NCBI GenBank assembly: GCA_964552565.1
Contig: CAZKGL010000001.1
Location: 237,113-301,112, forward strand
Direction: 5' to 3'
Length of the DNA: 64,000 nt
From: an uncultured Gammaproteobacteria bacterium
Lineage (GTDB): Bacteria > Patescibacteriota > Patescibacteriia > UBA9934
Of the stretch, positions 35,789 to 45,807 are shown piece by piece. Each line of letters starts with the position of its first letter. Positions within the stretch are counted from its first letter, which is position 1. Below the pieces are notes generated by a model. That model did not search any database. It was not told the DNA's origin and worked only from the letters and a program-made list of their open reading frames with translations. The position numbers and the translations under genes were made by a program.

Positions 35789-37186
35789 ATGCCAAGGAGG
35801 ATTCCGACGACATTCGATGTCATCGTCATCGGCGGCGGTTCCGCAGGGATCGCCGCGGCTGATGTTGCGCGCCAAAACGGTGCGCGCGTGTGCATGATTG
35901 AGGCAGACCGCCTTGGCGGCGAGTGCCCAAATTGGGCGTGCGTCCCGACGAAGGCGATGCTGCGCGCGGCGATGCTCTATGACGAGATCCGGCACGCCGC
36001 GCCCGAGGCCGGCATCCGCACCGGCGACGTACAGTTCCATTTCGGCCGGCTCATGGCGCGCAAGGACGCGGTCGTCGATGCGGTGACGGGACATGGCAAA
36101 CGGCTTGCGGCATGGGCGAAGGCGAACGACATCGAGGTCGTGCGCGGCGACGCGGCGTTCGCCGACCCGCATGCGATCCGCGTCGGGACCATGAAGCTCC
36201 GGGCGCGCGCGTTTGTCATCGCGACCGGTTCGGTTGACGCCATCCCGCCCATCGCGGGCATCGAGGACGTCGACTATGCGACGTCGCGCGACGTCGTGTC
36301 GCTGAAGACGCTGCCCGACCGCATCGCCGTCATCGGCGGCGGCCCGGTCGGCATGGAATTCGCCACGTTCTTCTCGCTCTTGCGCAGGAAGGTGACGCTC
36401 ATTGAAGCCGGCAAGGCGGTGCTGCCGCGCGAGGATGCGGAGGTCGCGGCGCTCGCCGCAGCGGCGCTGCGCGGGCACGGCGCCGCGGTGTATGAGCATG
36501 CAAAGGTCCTTGCCGTGCGCCGCAAAGGGAAAACGACGGAGATCACGTTCCAGCGGGGGACGAAGCGGCGGGAAACGCTCCGGGCCGACCTGCTGCTTGT
36601 GGCGACCGGCAAGCGGCCGAATGTCGCCCACCTCGGCCTTGATGTCGCGGGCGTCCGGCGGGATGACCGCGGGCGGCTCGTCCTCAACCGCAACCTCCAG
36701 ACATCGGTACCGCACATTTATGCCGCGGGCGACGTGACATCGGGATATCTCTTTACGCACACGGCGCATGCGGAGGGGGCGTTTGTCGGCGCGTTGGCCG
36801 CCGGCGCGCCGGCGCCGCGCACCACAAAGCCGCTCTTGCCGGTTGTGCCGCGCGTCACGTTCGTCGTGCCCGAGGTCGCGTCGGTCGGCATGACGGAAGC
36901 CGCGGCGCGCAAGGCCGGAAAGAAGGTCGCCGTCGCGCGGTTCCCGATCGGCGCATTGAGCCGAGCGGTGATCGACGACACGCGTGACGGCCTCGTGAAG
37001 GTCGTCATGGAAACACGGACCGGAAAAATCCTCGGTGCCCACATCATCGGCAGCCGGGCGGGGGAGTGCATCCACGAACTTGCGCTCGCAATTCATGCGG
37101 GCATCCCATTTGACGAGGTCGCGGCCATGCTGCACGCTTTTCCCACGTATTCGGAGGGCATTGCCGCCGCGGCGGGGTCGCTATGA
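35789..37186 (+). CDS. pyridine nucleotide-disulfide oxidoreductase (mercuric reductase / dihydrolipoamide dehydrogenase family)
   Basis: IGGGSAG, LGGECPNWACVPTK, IGGGPVGME, IYAAGDV, HAFPTYSE. Confidence 0.9.
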   Translation: MPRRIPTTFDVIVIGGGSAGIAAADVARQNGARVCMIEADRLGGECPNWACVPTKAMLRAAMLYDEIRHAAPEAGIRTGDVQFHFGRLMARKDAVVDAVTGHGKRLAAWAKANDIEVVRGDAAFADPHAIRVGTMKLRARAFVIATGSVDAIPPIAGIEDVDYATSRDVVSLKTLPDRIAVIGGGPVGMEFATFFSLLRRKVTLIEAGKAVLPREDAEVAALAAAALRGHGAAVYEHAKVLAVRRKGKTTEITFQRGTKRRETLRADLLLVATGKRPNVAHLGLDVAGVRRDDRGRLVLNRNLQTSVPHIYAAGDVTSGYLFTHTAHAEGAFVGALAAGAPAPRTTKPLLPVVPRVTFVVPEVASVGMTEAAARKAGKKVAVARFPIGALSRAVIDDTRDGLVKVVMETRTGKILGAHIIGSRAGECIHELALAIHAGIPFDEVAAMLHAFPTYSEGIAAAAGSL

Positions 37187-37680
37187 AGGAACACTTTCCG
37201 ACAATCTGGTCGCTCGTGACGCGCACAAGGCCGATGTGGGGCATGATCCCGCTCCGCGTCATGTTCGGCGTCATTATCATCCTCCAGGGCGTCGACCGCT
37301 TGACCGGCGTCCGCGAGGCGGGGAGCATCCTCGAGTCGTTGTCGCACGAGTGGCAGCTTGCGGTCGTGCTGATATTCAGCATCATCGAGATCCTTGCCGG
37401 CGTCATGGCGATCCCGGGGATCCTTGTCCGGCTCGTCGGTTTTGCCATCGTCATCGAGATGGCGGTCGCCATCTTCTTCGAGCGTATCCCGCTCGAGTTC
37501 AGCGGCAACCTCCAGGCGCAGCTCCTCATGACGGCCATCGCGGCCATGATGGTGTTTAGCGGCGCAGGACGGCATTCCGTCGACCATTGGCTGGCGTGCC
37601 GGCATTTGGTACGGTACCCGAATAAGAAATGGGAGTTGTACTGCCTCGCCGAGACGCCGTATACGAAGTGGTGGGAATAA
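37183..37680 (+). CDS. DoxX family membrane protein
   Basis: LRVMFG, EILAG...G...R, GAGRHSVD. Confidence 0.75.
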   Translation: MKEHFPTIWSLVTRTRPMWGMIPLRVMFGVIIILQGVDRLTGVREAGSILESLSHEWQLAVVLIFSIIEILAGVMAIPGILVRLVGFAIVIEMAVAIFFERIPLEFSGNLQAQLLMTAIAAMMVFSGAGRHSVDHWLACRHLVRYPNKKWELYCLAETPYTKWWE

Positions 37681-37757
37681 GGATTCCTCCACTCGGCCGT
37701 TTGGCGGCCTCGGTCGGAATGACATCATGTCATGCCGAGCGCAGTCGAGGCATCCTT
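37681..37757. repeat. REP-like intergenic palindromes
   Basis: GATTCCTCCACTCGGCCG...GGTCGGAATGACA followed by TGTCATGCCGAGCGCAGTCGAGGCATC. Confidence 0.45.
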
Positions 37758-37764
37758 GCATCCT

Positions 37765-38349
37765 ATGGATAGCGTCATGCTTACCGCTCTTGTCATTTTG
37801 CTCGTCATCCAACTTGTCGTGCTTTTCGTGCTGCTGAGCTTTGGCATCACGTTGTTTTTTGGCTCTCCATGGGTGCCGACGCATCCGTCGCGCGCAAAGC
37901 GCATGTTTGCATTTGCCGCATTGCAGCCGGGGGAGACGGTGCTTGACCTCGGAAGCGGCGACGGCGCCATCCTCATCTGCGCCATTGAAGACTTCGGCGC
38001 GCGGCATGCGTTCGGCTATGAGATTAACCCCGTGCTCATCGCCATGGCGCGCGTCCGCGCGAAGCTGCGCGGCATCCGCGACCGGGTGACGACCATCCGG
38101 GCGAACATCTTCACGGACAAAATCATCCACGCCGACGTCATCACGACGTTCCTTATTCCGAGCACCATGAAGCGCCTCCTGCCGCGCCTCGCCGCCCTGC
38201 CGCCGGAAACCCGCATCGTCTCGCGCGGGTTCCAAATCCCTGGCGTCGCTGCGACGAAGAAACAAGAAGGCCCGGAGGAGTGGCTGTACCTGTACACAGC
38301 GGGGGATTTGGCGGGAAGCGTGGGGCTGGAAGCGAAGGATGGGGTTTGA
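37765..38349 (+). CDS. class I SAM-dependent methyltransferase with N-terminal TM
   Basis: PWVPT, VLDLGSGDG, GYEINP, RIVSRGF. Confidence 0.85.
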   Translation: MDSVMLTALVILLVIQLVVLFVLLSFGITLFFGSPWVPTHPSRAKRMFAFAALQPGETVLDLGSGDGAILICAIEDFGARHAFGYEINPVLIAMARVRAKLRGIRDRVTTIRANIFTDKIIHADVITTFLIPSTMKRLLPRLAALPPETRIVSRGFQIPGVAATKKQEGPEEWLYLYTAGDLAGSVGLEAKDGV

Positions 38350-38365
38350 TAAACTGCCGCCAGCT

Positions 38366-38941
38366 ATGTCGAATGAAATCGTCCTGGACATCGAGACCCA
38401 GAACACGTTTGAAGAGGTCGGTGGGTACTTTACGGACAAGCTGAAGGTCTCGCTCGTCGGCGTCTATTTTTACGAGACCGATGCGTACGAGAGCTTCCTC
38501 GAGCCCGACTTGCCGGCGCTGTTCCAGCGGCTGGAGAAGGGCGGGCGCATCATCGGCTATAACTCGATCGGCTTCGACATGCCGGTCATGAATAACTATT
38601 ACTCCGGCGACCTCCTCAAGCTGCCGCAGCTCGACATTCTCCGTGAGATTGAGAAGGCCCTCGGGCACCGCATCAAGCTCGACGATGTTGCGAAGGCGAC
38701 GCTCGGCACGCAAAAATCCGGCCATGGGCTCCAGGCCGTGACGTGGTGGAAACAGGGAAACATCGACGCCATCCGGGAGTACTGTTTGCAGGACGTAAAA
38801 GTGACCAGGGAGGTCTACGAGTTCGGATTGAAAAACGGGTTTGTGTTGTTTGACGACCGCATGGGCGAGCGCCGCGCCGTGACGGTCGATTTCCGCGCGC
38901 CGATCGCCGCGTCCCAGTTCAACATGACGATGGGGTTTTAG
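38366..38941 (+). CDS. RNase H-like / DEDD exonuclease domain protein (YprB-like)
   Basis: LDIETQ, IGYNSIGFD, KLDDVA..TLG..KSG, YCLQDV. Confidence 0.85.
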   Translation: MSNEIVLDIETQNTFEEVGGYFTDKLKVSLVGVYFYETDAYESFLEPDLPALFQRLEKGGRIIGYNSIGFDMPVMNNYYSGDLLKLPQLDILREIEKALGHRIKLDDVAKATLGTQKSGHGLQAVTWWKQGNIDAIREYCLQDVKVTREVYEFGLKNGFVLFDDRMGERRAVTVDFRAPIAASQFNMTMGF

Positions 38942-39417
38942 AGCCTTCCCGCGAACCAAAGCGCGGCCAGGATGCCGAGGATGCCGACGAGGCCGACGAG
39001 CGGAATCCAGGTCGGGTTGGGGAAGAGATGGCTTTTCGTCGGGTCGTCGGTCTGGTAGGTGACGGTCACCGTGGTGCCGACCGGATGCGTTTCGACGTAC
39101 GTCCGGAGCCCCGATGAGTTCATTGGGTTGTAGTAGACGTCGGAACCCTCGAATGTTTGCCCGTCTTCGGCCATGAACGTGTAGCGGAACGTCGCTTTCA
39201 TGGCGATGTCGCTGTTGGCGCCGGTCCATGGGTCGCGTCCTTCGGGAATGTCGGCCCACGAGCGGGTGTGGAGTGCGACGCTCGTGACGGTCGCTTCCGC
39301 CTTGGCGCGTTTTGCGAAGAGGTCGGAGAAATACCCGCTCCGTGCGGTCGTCACAAGTCCGAAGACGACGGCGACGGCGGCGATGCCGAGGGCGATGAAC
39401 GGGAGCTTGTCTTCCAT
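38938..39417 (-). CDS. DUF3592-like membrane protein
   Basis: TM - ATVT...YTF...VGTTVTVTYQTDDP - TM. Confidence 0.7.
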   Translation of the reverse strand: MEDKLPFIALGIAAVAVVFGLVTTARSGYFSDLFAKRAKAEATVTSVALHTRSWADIPEGRDPWTGANSDIAMKATFRYTFMAEDGQTFEGSDVYYNPMNSSGLRTYVETHPVGTTVTVTYQTDDPTKSHLFPNPTWIPLVGLVGILGILAALWFAGRL

Positions 39418-39418
39418 A

Positions 39419-40009
39419 CTATTTTCCGAGCGCGCCGGACACGATTCGATAGACGATGCCGAGCATGACCGCGGTGGCGAGTACGACGAACACGATATAG
39501 CCGGTCCCGTTGCCGCTCCGCAGCGCTTCTTTGATGATGACATGATAGACGAGGCCGCCGATCATTACGATGCCGAAAAGCGACAGGAAGATGGACCACG
39601 CGATGTGGCGCTCCCGGAAGAGCATGTGGTTGTACGGGTCTGCGGGGTCGTACTGCACGGTGATCGTCGAAGCGGGGGGGTGCGCGTCCGCATAATTCTC
39701 CGCGGTGAACGCCCATGCGAATTTCCTGCTGTCCGTGCCCTGCAGCATGATTGAGGCATTCTCCGGATTGGGGAACGTGTAGCTGACGTACACGTCGTAG
39801 TTGTGCCCAGTGCCCCACGTTGGTTTGCCGGTCGGCGCAGGCACGCTGGTTTCGACGATGCGGACATCCGTGACGGTCGCGGTTGCGGTCGCCGTGAGGT
39901 CCGCGCCCTCCGATGCGTCTTGGAAGCCGCCCCAGACGAGGATGCCCATGGGGACGGACACGATGCCAATGATGAGGAGCACGACGAGGAACATGATGAC
40001 GTCGCCCAT
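39419..40009 (-). CDS. DUF3592-like membrane protein (tandem paralog)
   Basis: TM - ATVTDV...YTF...TITVQYDPADP - two TMs. Confidence 0.7.
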   Translation of the reverse strand: MGDVIMFLVVLLIIGIVSVPMGILVWGGFQDASEGADLTATATATVTDVRIVETSVPAPTGKPTWGTGHNYDVYVSYTFPNPENASIMLQGTDSRKFAWAFTAENYADAHPPASTITVQYDPADPYNHMLFRERHIAWSIFLSLFGIVMIGGLVYHVIIKEALRSGNGTGYIVFVVLATAVMLGIVYRIVSGALGK

Positions 40010-40157
40010 ACGAGATCCCTTGGGGGTGTGCATAGGTGAAAGATTGTTCCTCCCCAGTATACATCGCGCGGTTCTCGCGACGAAAATGCGCTGTGCGCAC
40101 GACCCCGTTTGTCGTCTTGCCGCGGACGGTTCCCGTTATCCCCATCCCCCTCCTTCA

Positions 40158-40206
40158 CCACAACCGCTAGTGGTATACTTTGGGGTACGGACACAACATG
40201 TTGTGT
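40158..40206 (+). promoter_or_regulatory. tandem NrdR boxes flanking the -10 of nrdJ
   Basis: Palindrome ACACAACATGTTGTGT 40191-40206; weaker box CCACAACCGCTAGTGG 40158-40173; TGG-TATACT extended -10 between them. Confidence 0.75.
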
Positions 40207-40337
40207 TCGGATGGAATGGTGGAGGGACAAAGCAAAACCCCTCGGTCGGGTTATTTTTTTCCCAAATTCACGGTTTTTTCACGAAACACGAGTCCGGGTA
40301 ATCTCATAAACCCATAAGATTACTTCCTTCACGGGCT

Positions 40338-43300
40338 ATGTCAGAAATCACAGCGCGCGTCGCCCCCCAGGCGGCGTCGGAAGGTCAGATTGCAGGTGCG
40401 GTTTGGCAGTTTATGACCTCGGTCAAAGAAGTGAAAAAACGCGACGGAGCAAGCCAGGCGTTTTCCGCTGACAAGCTTCGTGCGTCCGTCGAGAAGGCGC
40501 TCGCCGCAGCCGGGCAGAACAATGCCGACGCCTATGCCGGCCGCATCACGTCGCAGGTCGTGTCCCGCCTGACGCGCCAGTTTGACGGACACCGCGTTCC
40601 GACCACGTCGGAGATCCGCGAAGTCGTGTCCGTTGCCATCATCGACAACAACCTGATCCACGTCGCGAAGGCGTACATGGGGTTCAAGGCGCGGACGGAG
40701 GCTGCGGTGCCGGGCGAGAAGTACGGCAAGGGCCTTCCGTTCAGCCGCTACTTTACGAAGGACGGCGTGGCGCCGTACGCCATGCTCGAGTGGGAGAAGC
40801 GCAGCGCGGTCATCACGAACGAGAAGGGCAAGGTCGTGTTCGAACAGCACGACATCGAGGTTCCGAAGGGGTGGTCGCAGACCGCCACGAACATCGTCGC
40901 CCAGAAGTATTTCCGCGGGAAGGTCGGCACGCCGGAGCGCGAGACGTCCATGAAGCAGCTCATCGACCGCGTGGCCAAGACCATGGCGAACTGGGGCCGC
41001 AAGGACGGTTATTTCGCGACGAAAGAGGATGCGCAGGTTTTTGAAGATGAACTGACGTGGATTCTCATTAACCAGATGGCCGCGTTCAACAGCCCGGTCT
41101 GGTTCAATGTGGGCATTAATCCGCACCCGCAGTGTTCCGCGTGCTTCATCAACTCCGTGCAGGACGACATGCGTTCGATTTTGAACCTCGCGGTCACGGA
41201 AAGCATGCTCTTCAAGCAGGGCTCGGGCACGGGCAGCAACCTCTCCAAGCTCCGCTCGTCGCAGGAATACCTCGGCGGCAGCAACGGCAAGTCGTCCGGC
41301 CCCGTATCGTTCATGAAGGGCCTCGATGCCTTCGCGGGCATCGTCAAGAGCGGCGGCAAGACGCGCCGCGCGGCGAAGATGGTCATCTTGAACGTCGACC
41401 ATCCCGATGTCATGCAGTTCATCGAGTGCAAGGCGAAGGAGGAGCGGAAGGCCTGGACGCTGGTCGACGCCGGCTACGACAGCAGCATGGACGGCGAGGC
41501 GTACTCGAGTATTTTCTTCCAGAACGCGAACAACTCGGTGCGCGTGACGGATGGCTTCATGCGTGCGGTGGAGAAGGACGAGGAGTGGGTGACGAAGGAG
41601 ATTACGACCGGTAAGGATTCGCTGAAGTACAAGGCGCGCGACCTTTTCCGCGCCATGGCCGAGGCGGCGTGGCAGTGCGGCGACCCGGGCATCCAGTACG
41701 ACACGACCGTGAACCTCTGGCACACGAGCAAGAATACGGACCGCATCAACGCGTCGAACCCGTGCTCGGAATACATGTTCCTCGACGACACCGCCTGCAA
41801 CCTTTCGTCGCTCAACCTCATGAAGTTCCGCAAGGAAGCAAACGGCGTCATGGAGTTCGACGTGGAGGCGTTCACGAAGGCGTCGGAGGTCATGATTACC
41901 GCGATGGAGATCACGGTCGGCAACTCGAGCTACCCGACGCCGGCCATCGAGCAGAACAGCCACGACTTCCGCCCGCTCGGTATCGGCTACGCGAACTTGG
42001 GCGCGCTCCTCATGAGCCGGGGCCTTGCATACGACTCGGACGAGGGACGCAACCTCGCCGCCGCGATTACCGCGCTCCTTTCGGGCGCGACCTATGCGCA
42101 GTCGGCGCGCATCGCCGAGAAGATCGGCGCGTTCTCGGCCTTTGCCGTGAACCGCGAGCCGTGCATGGGCGTCATGGAGATGCACCGCCGCGCGTCCTAC
42201 GAGATGGCGCCCGCGGGCGTCCCGGCAGACCTCATGGCGGCGGCGAAGAAGAGCTGGGACGAGGTCGTCGACCGCGGCTACCAGCACGGGCTGCGTAACG
42301 CGCAGATTTCGGTCATCGCCCCGACCGGCACCATTTCGTTCCTCATGGATTGCGACACGACCGGCATCGAGCCGGACATCGCGCTCGTGAAGTACAAGTG
42401 GCTTGTGGGCGGCGGCATGCTGAAAATCGTGAACAATACCGTCCCGGAGGCGCTGACCCGCCTTGGCTACGGCGAGGCGGAGTGCAAGGATATCCTCGCC
42501 TACATCGACGAGAAGGACACCATTGAAGGCGCCCCGCACCTGAAGCCGGAGCACGTCGGCGTGTTTGACTGCGCGTTCAAGGCGAAGAACGGGACGCGCA
42601 CCATCCACCACATGGCGCACATCAACATGATGGCCGCGGTGCAGCCGTTCGTGTCCGGGGCCATCTCGAAGACGGTCAACATGCCGAACGAGGCGACGGT
42701 CGAAGATATCATGGACGTCTACATGAAGGGCTGGAAGCTCGGCTTGAAGGCGATCGCCATCTACCGCGACGGCAGCAAGCGCCAACAGGCACTTACCACG
42801 TCGAAAGAAAAAGACTCTGCGAAGGCGAATGCGAAAGAACTAGGCGGGGCCACCGCGCCCCGCCCGGAAGAGAAGAAGGATGAAACGGTCGCCGCGGCGA
42901 TCGAAACCGTAAAGGTGCAGGTGAACCCCGCAACCGCGTCGCGCCGCCGCCGCTTGCCGGACGAGCGCCGCGCCCTCACGCACAAGTTTGCGATCGGCAG
43001 CCACGAGGGCTATATCACCATCGGCCTCTACGACGACGGGACGCCGGGCGAGCTCTTCGTCACCATGTCGAAGGAAGGTTCGGTCATCAGCGGCCTCATG
43101 GATGCGTTCTCGACCAGCGTGTCGATTGGCCTGCAATACGGCGTGCCGCTCCACGTGCTCGTGAACAAGTTCGCGCACATGCGCTTTGAGCCGTCGGGCT
43201 TCACGAACAATCCCAACATCCGCATCGCGAAGTCCATCATCGACTACATCTTCCGCTACCTCGCCATGAAGTTCCTCCCGGTCGATGCACAGCTCCAGGT

Positions 43301-43601
43301 CGGCATCAACGTCGTCGAGACGCATGGCAATGACATAGGCGGGGTCACCGCGCCCCGCCAGGAAACGGTCGTGCAGCCGATCACCGACGCACAGCCGACG
43401 ATCTTCGCCTCACCGCTCGCGACCGACACGAACCCCGTCATGTCGCCGGGCACTGCGCCCGCGAAGACGACGCCCGGCCTCACGGCGACGTTCGACAACC
43501 AGTCGGACGCCCCGACGTGCGACACGTGCGGCAGCATGATGGTCCGCAACGCCGCGTGCTACAAGTGCCTGAATTGTGGGAGTACGAGTGGATGCAGTTA
43601 A
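40338..43601 (+). CDS. nrdJ: class II (adenosylcobalamin-dependent) ribonucleotide reductase with N-terminal ATP cone
   Basis: VKKRDG ATP cone, FNSPVWFN, QCSACFI, GKTRRAAKM, ASNPCSE, IAPTGTIS, C-terminal TSCPD-like domain and CxxC...CxxC. Confidence 0.95.
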   Translation: MSEITARVAPQAASEGQIAGAVWQFMTSVKEVKKRDGASQAFSADKLRASVEKALAAAGQNNADAYAGRITSQVVSRLTRQFDGHRVPTTSEIREVVSVAIIDNNLIHVAKAYMGFKARTEAAVPGEKYGKGLPFSRYFTKDGVAPYAMLEWEKRSAVITNEKGKVVFEQHDIEVPKGWSQTATNIVAQKYFRGKVGTPERETSMKQLIDRVAKTMANWGRKDGYFATKEDAQVFEDELTWILINQMAAFNSPVWFNVGINPHPQCSACFINSVQDDMRSILNLAVTESMLFKQGSGTGSNLSKLRSSQEYLGGSNGKSSGPVSFMKGLDAFAGIVKSGGKTRRAAKMVILNVDHPDVMQFIECKAKEERKAWTLVDAGYDSSMDGEAYSSIFFQNANNSVRVTDGFMRAVEKDEEWVTKEITTGKDSLKYKARDLFRAMAEAAWQCGDPGIQYDTTVNLWHTSKNTDRINASNPCSEYMFLDDTACNLSSLNLMKFRKEANGVMEFDVEAFTKASEVMITAMEITVGNSSYPTPAIEQNSHDFRPLGIGYANLGALLMSRGLAYDSDEGRNLAAAITALLSGATYAQSARIAEKIGAFSAFAVNREPCMGVMEMHRRASYEMAPAGVPADLMAAAKKSWDEVVDRGYQHGLRNAQISVIAPTGTISFLMDCDTTGIEPDIALVKYKWLVGGGMLKIVNNTVPEALTRLGYGEAECKDILAYIDEKDTIEGAPHLKPEHVGVFDCAFKAKNGTRTIHHMAHINMMAAVQPFVSGAISKTVNMPNEATVEDIMDVYMKGWKLGLKAIAIYRDGSKRQQALTTSKEKDSAKANAKELGGATAPRPEEKKDETVAAAIETVKVQVNPATASRRRRLPDERRALTHKFAIGSHEGYITIGLYDDGTPGELFVTMSKEGSVISGLMDAFSTSVSIGLQYGVPLHVLVNKFAHMRFEPSGFTNNPNIRIAKSIIDYIFRYLAMKFLPVDAQLQVGINVVETHGNDIGGVTAPRQETVVQPITDAQPTIFASPLATDTNPVMSPGTAPAKTTPGLTATFDNQSDAPTCDTCGSMMVRNAACYKCLNCGSTSGCS

Positions 43602-43610
43602 ACGAGAGAG

Positions 43611-43640
43611 CATAGACGGGGTCCCCGCACCCCGTCTATG
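43611..43640. repeat. REP palindrome
   Basis: CATAGACGGGG-TCCCCGCA-CCCCGTCTATG. Confidence 0.85.
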
Positions 43641-43650
43641 ATTTTCCTGT

Positions 43651-44049
43651 ATGCGCCAAATCACCAAGCGTCTCCTACCAGGACAGGATCTTCGCGATGA
43701 AATCGAGAAGGTCGTCCATGACCATGATGTGAAAGCAGGAGTTCTGCTTTCCATCGTCGGATGTCTTACGTCCTTACGGCTTCGCGTCGCTGACGGGGTG
43801 ACGGTCAAGGAATGGAGCGAGAAGTTTGAAATCGTATCCGGCACCGGGACGGTATCGGTCAACGATAGCCACATCCATATCGCGGCCGCAAACCAGGAGG
43901 GCATGACGATTGGCGGGCATCTTAAACAGGGCTGCATCGTGGGAACGACGGTAGAGCTCGTGGTTCTTGCGTTCGATGACATTGCATATGTTCGCGAACC
44001 GGATGCTGCGACCGGATACGATGAGCTCGTTATCCGCGAAAAACCATAG
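43651..44049 (+). CDS. PPC/DUF296 domain protein
   Basis: RLLPGQDL, FEIVSGTGTV, HIHIAA, TIGGHL, TTVELV, DAATGYDEL. Confidence 0.88.
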   Translation: MRQITKRLLPGQDLRDEIEKVVHDHDVKAGVLLSIVGCLTSLRLRVADGVTVKEWSEKFEIVSGTGTVSVNDSHIHIAAANQEGMTIGGHLKQGCIVGTTVELVVLAFDDIAYVREPDAATGYDELVIREKP

Positions 44050-44075
44050 ACGGGGGTCCCCGCACCCCGTCTATG
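44045..44075. repeat. REP palindrome
   Basis: CATAGACGGGGG-TCCCCGCA-CCCCGTCTATG directly upstream of RAYT. Confidence 0.85.
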
Positions 44076-44082
44076 CTGTTCT

Positions 44083-44553
44083 ATGCGAACCTTTCGATGG
44101 CACGACGAACTGAAAAACGATAACGCGATTCATTTTGTTACTTCGGTGACGAAGGGGCGTACGCGGACTTTTGATGACGTGGCGCTCGCACTGTTACTGC
44201 TCGGAGAGATTCACGGATATGCGGAGAGATACTCGATGACGTTGTTTGCGTCGGTGGTCATGCCCGACCACTTCCATGCAATCCTTTGGCCGCAAGGGAA
44301 ACGGACTGTTCCGGAGTTTATGAAAGGGGTGAAGGGTTTTACCGCAAAGAAGGTCGCCGAGTATAGGCGGGGTGCGGGGACCCCGCCTATGGACGTGTGG
44401 CAAGACGAGTATTTTGATCACCTGATTACAGATGAGACTACGCTTGAAGAAAAGATTTGGTACATCATCCGCAATCCGATTGAGGACAACCTCATTGCCG
44501 AAGGCGGCGAGTACCCGTACCTTTTCGTCCAGCCCGATTACGATCCTCGCTAA
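44083..44553 (+). mobile_element. REP-associated tyrosine (Y1 HUH) transposase, RAYT
   Basis: HFVTSVT, VVMPDHFHAI (HUH), K.FTA, VWQDEYFDHLI, YIIRNP; flanked by REP palindromes. Confidence 0.9.
44363..44390. repeat. REP palindrome in-frame inside the RAYT gene
   Basis: ATAGGCGGGG-TGCGGGGA-CCCCGCCTAT (reverse orientation), encoding YRRGAGTPPM. Confidence 0.85.
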
Positions 44554-44579
44554 AGGCGGGGTGCGGGACCCCGCCTATG
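44554..44579. repeat. REP palindrome downstream of RAYT, supplying the cobO ATG
   Basis: AGGCGGGG-TGCGGGA-CCCCGCCT-ATG. Confidence 0.8.
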
Positions 44580-45176
44580 AAAAAGAACGAACAGCCGGTT
44601 CTCGACGAACGCATCAAAGGCTTCCAAGGTTACGGCTTGGTGCAGCTCATCCATGGCACGGGGAAGGGGAAGACGACCGCTGCGCTCGGGCAGGCTATCC
44701 GGTGCGTGGGTTCCGGCCGGCGCGTCTGCATCGTCTACTTCGACAAAGGCGGAACGACGCACTACAGCGAACGGAAGGTGCTCGATGCGCTGGATGGCAT
44801 CGACTATGTCGCGTCCGGTCGTGACCGCATCGACCCGGTGACGGGACGATTTGATTTTTCGATCACCGACGAGGACAAGGCCGAGGCGGCGCGGGGGCTT
44901 GCTGCGGCGCGCGATGCATTGGCGGGCGACCACGAGGGTCGCCCCTACGATCTCGTTATTCTCGATGAGATCAATTCCACCGTCGCGCTCGGCATGCTTG
45001 GCGAGCAGGATGTGCTCGATGTGCTCGCGAAGAAGCGTCCGGACGTCGAAGTCATCCTCACGGGACGCAATCCGCCCCAGGCGTTCATCGACGCCGCACA
45101 TCTTGTCACCGAAATGACACTGCAGCGTCACTACTTCTATTCCGGCGTGAAGGCGCGGGAGGGGCTTGACTACTAG
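44577..45176 (+). CDS. cobO: cob(I)alamin adenosyltransferase CobO/BtuR family
   Basis: GTGKGKTTAALG, YDLVILDEI, EVILTGR, AHLVTEM, AREGLDY. Confidence 0.9.
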   Translation: MKKNEQPVLDERIKGFQGYGLVQLIHGTGKGKTTAALGQAIRCVGSGRRVCIVYFDKGGTTHYSERKVLDALDGIDYVASGRDRIDPVTGRFDFSITDEDKAEAARGLAAARDALAGDHEGRPYDLVILDEINSTVALGMLGEQDVLDVLAKKRPDVEVILTGRNPPQAFIDAAHLVTEMTLQRHYFYSGVKAREGLDY

Positions 45177-45282
45177 CCCACCGCCCGCTACAACTCCGCG
45201 CGAACGGTGTGGATATCCGGCCGCTGGCCAAAATCCGCGAGCCGGGTATACTCAGCACCAGCATATTTTTCGCAACGGAATT

Positions 45283-45714
45283 ATGACCATCAACGAAGTG
45301 CTCGAGGCGCTGCAGAATGACTGCGCAGTCGTCGTCGGGGACAGCACGTTTGACCCGCGCGGGCTCGACGCCGTGACGCTGGAAACGGGCGAGACCGTGT
45401 ACTGGGCGTACGAAAAGGACGGCAGCTGGTTGTCCATCGACCCGTCTGGCGAAGAGATCATCCTGTTTGAAGACATCGATGAGGAACTCGAGCCCGAGGA
45501 TGACGTCGTGGTGTACGGCGGGGAGGACTACGAGTTCTCCTACGAAGGGACGGCGACGATTACGAGCGAAGACGGCGAAGAGACGGTCATGACGTTCCGC
45601 GAGTTCGAGTCGCCGGAAGGGGAGATCATCCGTCTGACCGAATCGGAATCGACTGGGGACACGCGTGTTTCCGTCGGCACGAAGCTGACGGAGGACGAAC
45701 TCCAGCCGGCCTAA
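45283..45714 (+). CDS. highly acidic hypothetical protein
   Basis: ORF with host-like codon bias; D/E-rich beta-type sequence. Confidence 0.7.
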   Translation: MTINEVLEALQNDCAVVVGDSTFDPRGLDAVTLETGETVYWAYEKDGSWLSIDPSGEEIILFEDIDEELEPEDDVVVYGGEDYEFSYEGTATITSEDGEETVMTFREFESPEGEIIRLTESESTGDTRVSVGTKLTEDELQPA

Positions 45715-45769
45715 ACCATCCTGAGGAGCGTTAGCGACGAAGGATCCCTGGCGAGAGGTCCATCACTTC

Positions 45770-45807
45770 AACTTGGAAGCTGAGCTTCGAAGCTCAGCTT
45801 CCAAGTT
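45770..45807. repeat. perfect 38-bp palindrome
   Basis: AACTTGGAAGCTGAGCTTC|GAAGCTCAGCTTCCAAGTT. Confidence 0.85.

Noticed and set aside
43611-44579. CRISPR array
   Set aside because: Repeats are separated by whole genes, occur in both orientations and have no cas genes; they are REPs
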